Notes: a model not told the origin generated them from the letters alone. A DNA stretch of 64,000 nucleotides from an uncultured cyanobacterium (GCA_963793425.1 CAWCAG010000009.1:384001-448000); one strand, 5' to 3'; shown: positions 28,703 through 39,054, counted from the first letter of the stretch. Program-made: numbers and translations.

Positions 28703-30181
28703 TTGAACTTTTCAGACTTTTCATTTTGGTGGGTGCTGCTACTCTACAGCATTCCGTTTTTAATCATTCGCACCCTTTGCAAGTCCATTAACCGTTGGTC
28801 ACCAGAATTTGACCGTATTGGTTTGATGGTCTTGTCTTTGACGTTGTTTTTAAATGCTTCTTTTAAAAGCTTTATCGTCTTCCTGTTTGAGATTATTTTT
28901 AATTACTTAATGGTGCGGTTAATGCTGCGCCAAAAAGGAAATTCAGCTAAAATATTTGCCACTTTGGTGATTGTTTTTGATATTGCTATTTTGGCTTATT
29001 TTAAATATCTAACTTTTTTTGTTGAGGATGTTGTTGGTTTAGCTATACCTGGGGGCCTCTCAGAGAATTGGCAAGCAGGCTTTCCTTTACCGGTATTTGA
29101 CCAAATTCCCCCCGGAGTTTCTTTCTACACCTTCCAAATGGTGTCTTTTGTGGTGGAATCCCTGAAGCAAACGAAAAGGAAACGTAAGCCCAAACCGATT
29201 GCTTTTATTGATTACGTTAACTTTGTGGCTTTCTTCCCGCAAATTGTGGCAGGGCCTATTGAACGGCGTTCGGATTTATTTCCTCAGCTACAAAAGTTTG
29301 AGTTTCAATTTAATGCAGATAATATTGAAGCGGGGCTGCGTTGGTTTTCTTTAGGGCTATTTATGAAAATGGTTCTAGCAGATAATCTTTTCCCTTTTAT
29401 TGATGTCGAACAAGCAACTAATCCTTGGTTAGTTTGGTTATATGCTTTCTTATTTACCCTAAGAATTTACTTTGATTTCGCTGGTTATAGTTTCATGGCT
29501 TTGGGTATTGCTAGGACTATGGGGGTGAAACTAACTATTAACTTTCTTTCTCCCTATACTTCTACCAGTATTCAAGAATTTTGGCGAAGGTGGCATATAA
29601 CCTTAAGTACTTGGTTTCGGGATTATGTTTTTATTCCTTTGATGGGAACGAATAAAAAGTGGGCGACATCTTATCTTTTTATCACCTTCACCCTATCGGG
29701 TTTTTGGCACGGGGCAGCTTGGAACTTTATTATTTGGGGCGCTTATCATGGGGCTTTGTTGCTTTTATTACGCTATGCTGGGCGACCTTTCCAACGCATG
29801 ATGGGAAACAAATCTGGTGGGGGTTCCCGCTTTTTCTCTTGGGCTTTAACTTTTGGGTCGATAATTTTGGGTTGTTTATTCTTTATGGACACGAATATCA
29901 GCCGCTTAGTTACCAAGTTACAAACTATCATTAACCCCACAGCTTATTCCTTGGGTAACTTAACTGGGGCTTTTAGTGACTTTACCGTCAATGAAATAGC
30001 AGCCTTGACTTTAACCTTGGGGTTAAGTTTAGGTTGGCTACTAATTGAACATATTGAAGTGTGGCAAAAACGCCCCGAATATGAATTATTACGAAATCCT
30101 TGGGTATCCCCTTTGCTGTTAGGTTTAACTTTATTGTTAGCAGCTAATCAACCTTCTGAATTTATTTACTTTGAGTTCTAA
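28703..30181 (+). CDS. MBOAT O-acyltransferase (DltB/AlgI-like)
   Basis: PPGVSFYTF, FFPQIVAGPI, YFDFAGY, EFWRRWHITLS, GFWHGA; C-terminus SEFIYFEF. Confidence 0.92.
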   Translation: MNFSDFSFWWVLLLYSIPFLIIRTLCKSINRWSPEFDRIGLMVLSLTLFLNASFKSFIVFLFEIIFNYLMVRLMLRQKGNSAKIFATLVIVFDIAILAYFKYLTFFVEDVVGLAIPGGLSENWQAGFPLPVFDQIPPGVSFYTFQMVSFVVESLKQTKRKRKPKPIAFIDYVNFVAFFPQIVAGPIERRSDLFPQLQKFEFQFNADNIEAGLRWFSLGLFMKMVLADNLFPFIDVEQATNPWLVWLYAFLFTLRIYFDFAGYSFMALGIARTMGVKLTINFLSPYTSTSIQEFWRRWHITLSTWFRDYVFIPLMGTNKKWATSYLFITFTLSGFWHGAAWNFIIWGAYHGALLLLLRYAGRPFQRMMGNKSGGGSRFFSWALTFGSIILGCLFFMDTNISRLVTKLQTIINPTAYSLGNLTGAFSDFTVNEIAALTLTLGLSLGWLLIEHIEVWQKRPEYELLRNPWVSPLLLGLTLLLAANQPSEFIYFEF

Positions 30182-30817
30182 TGTCGAAACCTTTAAACCT
30201 ACTTAAATGGGTTACTGCGGCTGGTTTAGCTTGGGGTCTTGGTTGCGTTTACAACGTTTACTACGGCGGTGAGTTGAGTTGGTTACGGATTATGTATCAA
30301 GAGAAAGTTGCCCTAGCCGAAAAGGTAGAAGCCCCACGCAGATTAATTATTACTGGGGGTTCAGGGGCGCATTATACCATTAATTCTGAGTTGTTAGAAA
30401 AAGAGTTAGGTATACCTGTAATCAACCTGGGTATAGATGGGCCGGTAGGGTTAGATGTGATTCTACCCAGTGTTCTTAAGCAAGTGCAACCAGGAGATAT
30501 TGTCCTGTTAATTCCAGAATATTTAGTTCTTCTGGATGAAGACGGTTTGGCTGAACGTTCCGGGCCTTTTGTTTTAGCTACAGGGCAAGTGGGTTTGGGA
30601 GATATTCCCCCGAAACAATTAGTCCAAGATGTTTGGATGCTAGGGATTCCTAGCTTAAGAGCCTTGACAAAATCCACAAAATTACAATATCCAAAGCGAT
30701 TCGGATCTCTTTGCTGATACCCATTACCATCTCAAACTAAATTCTATGAAAATACGATCGCGCCAAATTGCTGAAGAGATTGAACCAATTTTGGAAGAAT
30801 TAGGGAACAGGGAATAG
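30181..30817 (+). pseudogene. SGNH/DltD-like acyltransferase partner, disrupted by an internal deletion or frameshift near 30680
   Basis: N-terminal TM, IITGGSGAHY and NLGIDG in the first frame; LFADTHYHL (D-x-x-x-H) in another frame that stops at 30817. Confidence 0.65.
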
Positions 30818-30888
30818 TCAACAGTCAATAGTAAGTTCTTAAACTTATTACTTATTACTTATTACTTATTACTTCTTCCCTAAACCAG

Positions 30889-32088
30889 ATGTTAGATACT
30901 AACAGAATTACAAACTCAACAAGTCCTACTAAAATCTGCATCCTGGGGGGTGGTTTTGGTGGTCTTTATACGGCTTTATATTTACAGTCTTTTAAAGGGA
31001 TTAATTCTTCTCAATATCAAGTTACATTAGTTGATCAAAATGATCATCTCCTCTTTACTCCCCTACTTTATGAAGTGATTACTGATGAGTTACAAACTTG
31101 GGAAATTGCCCCTGCTTATAAAAAGCTGTTGAGTCATACCAAGGTAAGAATTATTCAGGATCGGGTTGTTGATTTAGATTTAAAAACCCATTTAGTAAAA
31201 TTGTTGCAAGGACAACTTACCTATGATTATTTAGTCCTGGCTTTAGGGAATAAGAATCGTTTTGCAGGAGTTGTGGGGGCGAAAGAACATAGTTTAACTT
31301 TCCGTAGTTTAAAAGATACTTTACTGCTGAAAGAAAAGCTTGTGGAGTTATCAAAATCAGCACAAGAAACTATTCGAGTTGCGATTATTGGTGGTGGACC
31401 CAGTGGAGTGGAATTAGGGACAAAAATTGCTGACTTTTTGGGTAGAAGGGCGGATATACGCTTAATAGAAAGGGGAACTCAAATTCTTAAAGCTTATACT
31501 CCAGCGACGCAACGTAGTGGTAAGGAAGCTTTGGAGAAACGGGGAGTAAGAATTAGTTTTGAAACTAGTGTTGAGAAGGTTGAACCGAATCAAGTTACTT
31601 TGATTCAGAAGGAAGAAACTTTTACGATTCCGGTAGATTTGGTGTTATGGAGTACTGGTACAAAAACTCAGGAATTGATTGCTAATTTAAGTTGTCAACA
31701 TAACGAAAGAGGACAAGTTATTACTTTACCAACCCTACAAATTCCTGAATATCCAGAAGTTCTTGCTTTAGGGGACTTAGCAGAAGTTAAAAACCCTAAT
31801 GGTAAATTAGTGCCAGCAACGGCACAAGCCGCCTATCAACAAGCAAGTCAAGCAGCGAAAAATTTGAAGGCTAGCTTTAAAAATAAACCTTTAAAACGCT
31901 TCCGTTATTTGCATTTAGGAGAAATGATTACTTTAGGAATTAATGATGCTGCCGTATCAAGTTTTGGTATTAATTTAAAAGGTTCTCTTGCTGCTTTGGT
32001 AAGAAGAATTGTTTATCTTCAACGTCTACCTACTTTTTCGCATCGTTGGGAAGTCCTTAAGGGCTGGTTGGGATTAAGTAATAAGTAA
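30889..32088 (+). CDS. ndbB: type II NAD(P)H:quinone oxidoreductase, NdbB-like
   Basis: ICILGGGFGGLYTAL, ELQTWEIAP, IIGGGPSGVEL and PATAQAAYQ. Confidence 0.7.
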   Translation: MLDTNRITNSTSPTKICILGGGFGGLYTALYLQSFKGINSSQYQVTLVDQNDHLLFTPLLYEVITDELQTWEIAPAYKKLLSHTKVRIIQDRVVDLDLKTHLVKLLQGQLTYDYLVLALGNKNRFAGVVGAKEHSLTFRSLKDTLLLKEKLVELSKSAQETIRVAIIGGGPSGVELGTKIADFLGRRADIRLIERGTQILKAYTPATQRSGKEALEKRGVRISFETSVEKVEPNQVTLIQKEETFTIPVDLVLWSTGTKTQELIANLSCQHNERGQVITLPTLQIPEYPEVLALGDLAEVKNPNGKLVPATAQAAYQQASQAAKNLKASFKNKPLKRFRYLHLGEMITLGINDAAVSSFGINLKGSLAALVRRIVYLQRLPTFSHRWEVLKGWLGLSNK

Positions 32089-32160
32089 TAAGTAATAAGT
32101 AATAAGTAATGGGAACAATAATTGATATTAACAACTAGCAATTAGCAATTAGCAAAAACT

Positions 32161-34047
32161 ATGAAAGAAAAACCTCAAAATATTTGGGCATCTAAATTTT
32201 CGCAAGTGTTTGGTTTCGATTTGCGATCGCTGGCTGCTTTTCGTGTTGGTTTGGCATTAGTTATTTTAGGAGATTTGTTTACTCGTTTAGGAGATTTAAC
32301 GGCCCATTATACAGATTTAGGAGTTTTACCTCGTTCTGCTTTAGAAGATGGCATTCTTAAGCCCTGGTACTGGTCGATTCATCTAATTAGCGGTCAACCT
32401 ATAGTCCAGTTTCTCATTTTTTTGACGGCAATTTTTGTTACTTTATGCTTATTAGTTGGTTATCGAACTCGATTGGCTACAATTGCTTGTTGGGCTTTGA
32501 TAGTTTCGATGCACAATCGTAACTTAGCTTTAATTTTTGCTGCGGATGATGTGTTGCGAGCGATTCTCTTTTGGGCAATGTTCTTGCCTTTAGGGGCAGC
32601 ATATTCATTAGATAGTGCTTTCAATAATTCCCCAAAAACTTTACCTAAGCGAGTAGTTTCTGGGGCAACTATTGCTTTACTAGCACAGCAGTGTTTTATT
32701 TATATTTTCTCGGCTGCTTTTAAAACCCAGAGTCCAACTTGGTTTCCTGATTATACAGCAGTTTATTACGCTTTAAGTTTTGACCAATATGTTACTCATA
32801 TAGGACGTTTCTTACTCAACTTTCCTCTCCTCCTAAGCATCTCCACAGCCATTACTTTAGTTTTAGAGTGGATTGGCCCTTTATTTTTATTAGTACCAAA
32901 TAACCTAGTTCGTTTATTAACTGTACTTACTTTTATTGGCTTACACGCTGGCTTTGGTTTCACCTTAAATATTGGTATTTTTCCCTTCTTAAGTATTGCT
33001 ACTTGGTTAGCTTTTTTACCTTCTTCTTTCTGGGACAAGTTGGAGAGGAAGTTAGCAACTCAAGAAAGAAAAGGTTTACGGATTTATTACGATGCTGATT
33101 GCGGTTTTTGTAAGAAAGTAGTTTATATTCTGCGTACCCTCCTTATCTTACCGGGAACTCCTCTTTTAATCGCTCAAGATGAGCAATCTATTTATGAAGA
33201 TATGCAGAGAATTAACTCTTGGGTTGTGGTTGATGCTAAAGGAGATCGCTATTACAAATTTGGTGCGATCGCCTATGTCGTTAGTCTTTCTCCTGTTTTC
33301 TTCCCTTTAGCAAAAGTATTACGCTGGCAACCAATTATGAAGTTGGGAAATAGGTTCTATGAAACCATTGCTAATAATCGTAAAAAAGCGGGATTATTCA
33401 CCAAACCATTTCAGTTTCGCCCTCTCAAAGTTCGTCCCTCTTTACTCCTGAATGTTGTTACTTCTCTACTCTTACTTTTAACCTTTATTTGGAATCTACG
33501 CAGCTTTACCCAGCATTTTGCTTTCATAGATAATCAAAGTAAGCCTTTTACTAGTTTACGAAGAGTGACTACCAGTAGAAGCCTACAAAGAGTAGACCCT
33601 TTAAGTCGTATTACCAGATTAGATCAATCTTGGAATATTTTTGCTCCTAGCCCTCCTAAAGATGATGGTTGGCACGTTATGCCAGGGAAACTTAAAAATG
33701 GGGAAGAGGTAGATATTTTTCAAGACGGCGACTCTGTAAGCTGGCAAAAACCTACCTTAAATAAGCGCAATTCCCTTTATAAAAATATGCAATGGCGAAC
33801 TTATTTTATTAACCTCAATCGCAACATCGGCAAGAAGCTTTATCCTTACTATGGTAAGTATGTGTGTCAAGATTGGAATAAGCAACATATAGGGGAGGAA
33901 GAATTAGATAGCTTTGAGGTTTATTTCGTGGCAGAAGAAACAGCCGAACCAGGAAAAAAACAGAATCTAGAACGTAAAAAAGTCGGTGAATATTCTTGTT
34001 CGCAGCAAGATAAGGAAGTAAAGAGAGAAGGGCAAGAATCAGAGTAA
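32161..34047 (+). CDS. HTTM-domain membrane protein with an inserted DCC1-like thiol-disulfide domain
   Basis: DLRSLAAFR, HYTDLGVLPR, LLVGYRTR, HNRN; YDADCGFC; LDQSWNIFAP. Confidence 0.8.
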   Translation: MKEKPQNIWASKFSQVFGFDLRSLAAFRVGLALVILGDLFTRLGDLTAHYTDLGVLPRSALEDGILKPWYWSIHLISGQPIVQFLIFLTAIFVTLCLLVGYRTRLATIACWALIVSMHNRNLALIFAADDVLRAILFWAMFLPLGAAYSLDSAFNNSPKTLPKRVVSGATIALLAQQCFIYIFSAAFKTQSPTWFPDYTAVYYALSFDQYVTHIGRFLLNFPLLLSISTAITLVLEWIGPLFLLVPNNLVRLLTVLTFIGLHAGFGFTLNIGIFPFLSIATWLAFLPSSFWDKLERKLATQERKGLRIYYDADCGFCKKVVYILRTLLILPGTPLLIAQDEQSIYEDMQRINSWVVVDAKGDRYYKFGAIAYVVSLSPVFFPLAKVLRWQPIMKLGNRFYETIANNRKKAGLFTKPFQFRPLKVRPSLLLNVVTSLLLLLTFIWNLRSFTQHFAFIDNQSKPFTSLRRVTTSRSLQRVDPLSRITRLDQSWNIFAPSPPKDDGWHVMPGKLKNGEEVDIFQDGDSVSWQKPTLNKRNSLYKNMQWRTYFINLNRNIGKKLYPYYGKYVCQDWNKQHIGEEELDSFEVYFVAEETAEPGKKQNLERKKVGEYSCSQQDKEVKREGQESE

Positions 34048-34101
34048 GGAATCAATATTTTGGTAAGAAAAAATTACCCATTACCCATTACCTAATCATT
34101 C

Positions 34102-35589
34102 ATGCTTTTTAATTCCTACATTTTTATTTTCATTTTCCTCCCCATTACCTTAATTGGTTTTTTCAGCTTAACCAGGTTTAAATTAACTAAATTAGCCACA
34201 ATTTGGTTAACTGTTAGTTCCTTTGTTTTCTATGGTTACTGGAACCCACTTTACCTACCCTTACTAATTCTTTCTGTTGTCTTTAACCATCAAATGGGGG
34301 CGCAAATTGGCAAGCTGATTGCCCAAAGTAATCAGAAACAGGGCAAAATACTCCTTTGGATAGGAATTATTATTAACCTATTGAGTATTGGTTACTATAA
34401 ATACGCCAACTTCTTTTTCACTTCCCTTAACGATACTTTCGGTAGTAACTTTGCCATTTATAAAGTCATTTTACCTTTAGGTATCTCCTTCTATACCTTC
34501 ACTCAAATTGCCTATCTTGTTGATGCCTATCGAGGGGAAACAGAGAAATTAAACTACGACCTCTTAACCTATAGTTTATTCGTCTCCTTCTTCCCGCAAC
34601 TAATCGCCGGACCAATTCTGCGTCACGATGAACTTATCCCTCAATTTCGTCAATTAAAAAACTTTGTTTTTTCCCACAAAAACTTTGCTTTAGGTTTAGT
34701 TCTATTTAGCTTAGGATTATGTAAAAAAGTTCTCATTGCCGATAGCGTTTCCCCTTGGGTAGCTGATATTTTTGCTAATGCTGCTGAAGTCAACTTTATA
34801 GAAGCTTGGGTAGGGGCATTGAGTTATACTCTACAACTTTATTTTGATTTTTCTGGCTACTCTGATATGGCTATTGGTTTGGGTTTAATGTTTAATATCA
34901 ACCTGCCAATTAACTTCAATTCCCCTTACAAAGCAACTTCCATTAGCGATTTTTGGCGACGCTGGCATATCACCTTATCCAACTTCTTAAGAGACTATCT
35001 ATACATCCCTTTAGGAGGAAGTCGCAAAGGAGAAATACGCCGTTACTCTAATTTAATAACCACCATGTTATTAGGAGGATTATGGCACGGTGCAGGCTGG
35101 ACTTATATTATTTGGGGAGGCATTCATGGGCTTTATTTATCTATTAACCACGCTTGGCGTAAATATGCTTTTCCTTTACCCAAAATAATTGCTTGGTTAA
35201 TTACTTTTATGGGTGTAGTGTTCAGTTGGGTACTATTCCGCGCCTTAACTTTAAAAGATGGCATAGAAATCTTAAAAGCAATGGTTGGTTTCAAAGGTAT
35301 AGTTGTTCCCGGAGAAGCAGCAGGCAAATTAGGTTTTATAAGTAACTTTGGTATTCAACTCCAATCATGGAATAATATTACATATTTGCCAGAAACTAAC
35401 GGTAGTAAAATCATCACCTTAGCAGTTCTTTTCGGACTTATACTAGCAGTAACTTTGTTACCAAATACCCAACAAATCCTTCAAAAACTAAGACCAACTT
35501 GGTGGTGGGCAGTTAGTATTGGCTTATTAACCAGCTATTGCTTACTATCCCTCAACCGCGTTTCTGAGTTCCTTTATTTCCAATTTTAA
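34102..35589 (+). CDS. MBOAT O-acyltransferase (AlgI-like)
   Basis: MLFNSY, LPLGISFYTF, FFPQLIAGPI, DFWRRWHITLS, GLWHGA; C-terminus SEFLYFQF. Confidence 0.93.
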   Translation: MLFNSYIFIFIFLPITLIGFFSLTRFKLTKLATIWLTVSSFVFYGYWNPLYLPLLILSVVFNHQMGAQIGKLIAQSNQKQGKILLWIGIIINLLSIGYYKYANFFFTSLNDTFGSNFAIYKVILPLGISFYTFTQIAYLVDAYRGETEKLNYDLLTYSLFVSFFPQLIAGPILRHDELIPQFRQLKNFVFSHKNFALGLVLFSLGLCKKVLIADSVSPWVADIFANAAEVNFIEAWVGALSYTLQLYFDFSGYSDMAIGLGLMFNINLPINFNSPYKATSISDFWRRWHITLSNFLRDYLYIPLGGSRKGEIRRYSNLITTMLLGGLWHGAGWTYIIWGGIHGLYLSINHAWRKYAFPLPKIIAWLITFMGVVFSWVLFRALTLKDGIEILKAMVGFKGIVVPGEAAGKLGFISNFGIQLQSWNNITYLPETNGSKIITLAVLFGLILAVTLLPNTQQILQKLRPTWWWAVSIGLLTSYCLLSLNRVSEFLYFQF

Positions 35590-35707
35590 ATCCGTTGTCT
35601 AATTGAAACCATGAAGACTTTATCTCCAAAGCCCAATATTGCCAAGAGGCAGACTTATAATAATAGCTAGTCCGGAAAAAATATTAGTTACTGAGGATAT
35701 TTAATTG

Positions 35708-36598
35708 ATGAATTGGTTTGATAAAACTCTACATAACTTTCGAGTTAAAAAGCATCATTTAACACAAGAATATTCAAATCATTTGCGTTTTTATAGAACG
35801 TTTATTTTTCAATCAACAGAAATCATTAATCAAAAAGAGATCAGAGTTGTCGGAATACGTCGTACTGGCAATCATGCAATTATTGGCTGGATAAGATCCC
35901 AACATCCAGAATATGCCTTTCATATAAATCATCCTCCTGCTGGGCAAAACCCATATCAGTTTCTTTATACTCATTTCAAAACGCCAGAATTATACCAGGA
36001 AGCTATAGGAAAGTTTTCCCAAAAGAGTCTGCTAATTATTAGCTATGAAGATCAGGAACTTGAAAAGATTTATTCTGCAAAGTTTGAAAAGTTCCATGAT
36101 ACTTATGTTGGAGTTTCAGCAAGCCAATTTGATGTTCTCCTCCTGAGAGATCCTTTCAACTTAGTTGCTAGCAGGATTAAATCAAACAAGTCTAGCATAA
36201 CTGATGGTAGCGCAATAGAAGCTATCGAGCTTTGGAAATCTTACGCACGAGAATTTGTAGGAGAAACAGCATTTCTCAAACACAATAAATTATGTATTAA
36301 CTTCAACAAGTGGCATTATAATGCACAATATCGAGAAGAAATAGCTAAAAGCTTAGAGCTAGAATTTACAGATGCTGGTAGAGAAAGAGTCAGAGATTAT
36401 GGAGGAGGAAGTTCGTTTGATGGGCGCAAGCTTGATGGACAAGCTTCGCAGCTTGACATCCTAAATCGTTGGCAATTATTTGCAGATGAGGATTCGTTTT
36501 GGCATCTATTTAAGGATGAAGAACTACTATATTATATAGAACGTATTTTTGATAAAGAAACTCTACCATTTCATAAAATACAACTTAACAAACGTTAA
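35708..36598 (+). CDS. putative sulfotransferase-fold protein
   Basis: VVGIRRTGNH (5'-PSB-like) and LLRDPFNLVAS (3'-PB-like). Confidence 0.55.
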   Translation: MNWFDKTLHNFRVKKHHLTQEYSNHLRFYRTFIFQSTEIINQKEIRVVGIRRTGNHAIIGWIRSQHPEYAFHINHPPAGQNPYQFLYTHFKTPELYQEAIGKFSQKSLLIISYEDQELEKIYSAKFEKFHDTYVGVSASQFDVLLLRDPFNLVASRIKSNKSSITDGSAIEAIELWKSYAREFVGETAFLKHNKLCINFNKWHYNAQYREEIAKSLELEFTDAGRERVRDYGGGSSFDGRKLDGQASQLDILNRWQLFADEDSFWHLFKDEELLYYIERIFDKETLPFHKIQLNKR

Positions 36599-36609
36599 TT
36601 TTTTTAAAC

Positions 36610-37806
36610 TTGCTTCTACCATCGCCATTAGGTGCTTTCCAAATCAACCTTGTTTCTACGGCAAAAAAGAAACTTTCTCTAATCTTACCTACCTATAATG
36701 AAAGCAAAAACCTTCCTTTAATTATTCCCCAGTTAATCAGTTTATTAGATAGTAAAATACCAGAAAACTACGAACTAATTGTAGTAGACGATGATAGCCC
36801 TGACAAAACCTGGGAAATTGCCCAATCTTTGCTACCTAAATACTCGCAACTCAAGGTGATACGCCGCCAAGAAGAAAAAGGACTTTCCACAGCAGTAATT
36901 CGCGGTTGGCAAGCATCCCAAGGAAAGATATTAGGGGTTATAGATGCCGATTTACAACATCCTCCAGAAATCTTACTTTCTATGCTAAATACAATAGAAG
37001 AAGGGAGAGATTTAGTAATTGCCAGTCGTCATATAGAAGGGGGAGGTGTTAGTGACTGGAGTTTCAGTAGACGATTTTTATCTCGTGGCGCACAAACCCT
37101 TGGCTTAGTGATTTTACCAGAAGTTATTGGTAAAGTGTCCGATCCGATGAGTGGTTATTTTCTAGTTAAAAGAGAGGCGATCGCCCAACAAAAACTCAAT
37201 CCGCGAGGTTATAAAATTCTTATTGAAGTTTTAGCTCGTTGCAACATTGGTAAAATCGCTGAAGTAGGTTATATTTTTCAAGAACGTCAAGCAGGAGAGA
37301 GTAAGGTAACTTACCAACAATATTGGGATTATCTTCTACATTTAATTTCTTTACGCCTCTACTTATGGCAAACTAACCGCTTTATTCGCTTCGGTTTAGT
37401 AGGTTTAACGGGAGTACTTGTAGATATGAGTGTACTTTACCTCTTAAGCGATCCTAGTACTTTCGCTTGGGGGCTAACTCGTAGCAAGATTATAGCCGGA
37501 GAAGTAGCAATTATCAACAACTTTCTCTGGAATGATGCTTGGACATTTGCTGACATTGCCATGAAACAAAAAGGTTGGGGCAAACGCTTGAAACGCTTAT
37601 TAAAATTCAACCTCATCTGCTTGATAGGGTTATTTTTAAATGTCTTGATTCTCAACTTATTATTTAATTACTTAGGTTTTAACAACTTCTCTACTGGTAG
37701 ATACATAGCTAATCTCATCGCTATAGGCATCGTTACTGGGTGGAATTTTTGGCTTAACCTTAAATTAAGCTGGCGAGTAACGGAGGTTAATAGCAACAAA
37801 ACTTAG
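36610..37806 (+). CDS. GT2 polyprenol-phosphate glycosyltransferase fused to a GtrA domain
   Basis: LPTYNE, VDDDSPD, DADLQHPP and DPMSG; C-terminal RFGLVG...NNFLWN...WNFWLN. Confidence 0.88.
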   Translation: MLLPSPLGAFQINLVSTAKKKLSLILPTYNESKNLPLIIPQLISLLDSKIPENYELIVVDDDSPDKTWEIAQSLLPKYSQLKVIRRQEEKGLSTAVIRGWQASQGKILGVIDADLQHPPEILLSMLNTIEEGRDLVIASRHIEGGGVSDWSFSRRFLSRGAQTLGLVILPEVIGKVSDPMSGYFLVKREAIAQQKLNPRGYKILIEVLARCNIGKIAEVGYIFQERQAGESKVTYQQYWDYLLHLISLRLYLWQTNRFIRFGLVGLTGVLVDMSVLYLLSDPSTFAWGLTRSKIIAGEVAIINNFLWNDAWTFADIAMKQKGWGKRLKRLLKFNLICLIGLFLNVLILNLLFNYLGFNNFSTGRYIANLIAIGIVTGWNFWLNLKLSWRVTEVNSNKT

Positions 37807-37875
37807 CTAGGGAGGAACTCTAGAGATAAACCAAACTATAGTAACTTTATTCAATTTCTCTACTAAATATTTGTA

Positions 37876-39042
37876 GTGATGAACAAAACTTCTCGTAAAT
37901 ATCGTCAATATATTGGCATTTTTTTTGCTAGTGTTTGTATTCCTCTATTTGGGGTGGGTTTATTTAATATTATTATTGACCCTTATGGTGTCTTTAATCA
38001 AGAAGATATTCCCGGTATCAACCACGCTAAAGTTAATCAAGATAATAACGATAGGCTAGCAAAAGCTACAGATATTACTCGTATTAAACCTATAACCTTA
38101 TTATTAGGCTCCTCTCGTACTAAGCAAGGTTTAGATCCAGATCATCCTCAAATAGTAAAAGATCAACCTGCTTATAATGTAGCAATTAACGGTCCCAATA
38201 TGTATGAGGTAAAACGTTACCTAGACCATGCTATTGCTAACCAAGAAAATTTACAAACAGTCATCCTTGGCGTGGACTTTTTTATGTTCAATGCCAACTT
38301 AGACAATCAACCTAGCTTTTCCGATGCTAGATTAGGTAAACGTCACCTCATTATTCAAGACTTTATTAATATTGTCTTTTCTATAGATGCTTTTTATGCT
38401 AGTAAAGAAACATTATTAGAAAGTGGGAAGGAAGCTTATCAAAATGATAATTACGGAGAAAATGGTTTTCAACCCAATCGCCAAGCGAATGATGGCAATA
38501 CCAAATGGAGATTTGGTCAGTCTATCAAGCTTTATTTTGAGTTGCATTCTGATTATGACTTTTCCTCAAAATATTTTGCTAACTTTGAAGAAGTAGTTAA
38601 GCTTTGTCAAAAACATAATATTGACTTGAAAGTTTTCATTTCCCCAGCCCATGCTACCCAGTGGGAGTCGATTAGAAGTACAGGACGTTGGCCAGTATTT
38701 GAGGAATGGAAAAGAAAATTAGTTGCAGTTACTCCAGTGTGGGATTTTTCTGGTTATAACTCTATTACTAGAGAAAATATCAGAGATGAAATGAACAATT
38801 ATTCTGATAATTCTCACTATACTAAACCCGTTGGAGATTTAATCTTAAATCGTATTTTTAGTTATCAAGAAGAAAACATTCCTGAAGATTTCGGTATTTT
38901 ACTAACTCCAGAAAACATTGATTCTCACTTGGCAAAAATTCGAGCAGATAGAGAAAATTGGTTAAAGGAAAATCCAGAAGAACTTAAGTTAGTAAAAACC
39001 CTTCAGCAAGAACAGAAAGCTGAACAAAATGCTCAAAAGTAA
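37876..39042 (+). CDS. SGNH/DltD-like periplasmic protein
   Basis: N-terminal TM, IIDPYG, LLGSSR and YSDNSHY. Confidence 0.65.
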   Translation: MMNKTSRKYRQYIGIFFASVCIPLFGVGLFNIIIDPYGVFNQEDIPGINHAKVNQDNNDRLAKATDITRIKPITLLLGSSRTKQGLDPDHPQIVKDQPAYNVAINGPNMYEVKRYLDHAIANQENLQTVILGVDFFMFNANLDNQPSFSDARLGKRHLIIQDFINIVFSIDAFYASKETLLESGKEAYQNDNYGENGFQPNRQANDGNTKWRFGQSIKLYFELHSDYDFSSKYFANFEEVVKLCQKHNIDLKVFISPAHATQWESIRSTGRWPVFEEWKRKLVAVTPVWDFSGYNSITRENIRDEMNNYSDNSHYTKPVGDLILNRIFSYQEENIPEDFGILLTPENIDSHLAKIRADRENWLKENPEELKLVKTLQQEQKAEQNAQK

Positions 39043-39054
39043 CCAAAGGGGAGG

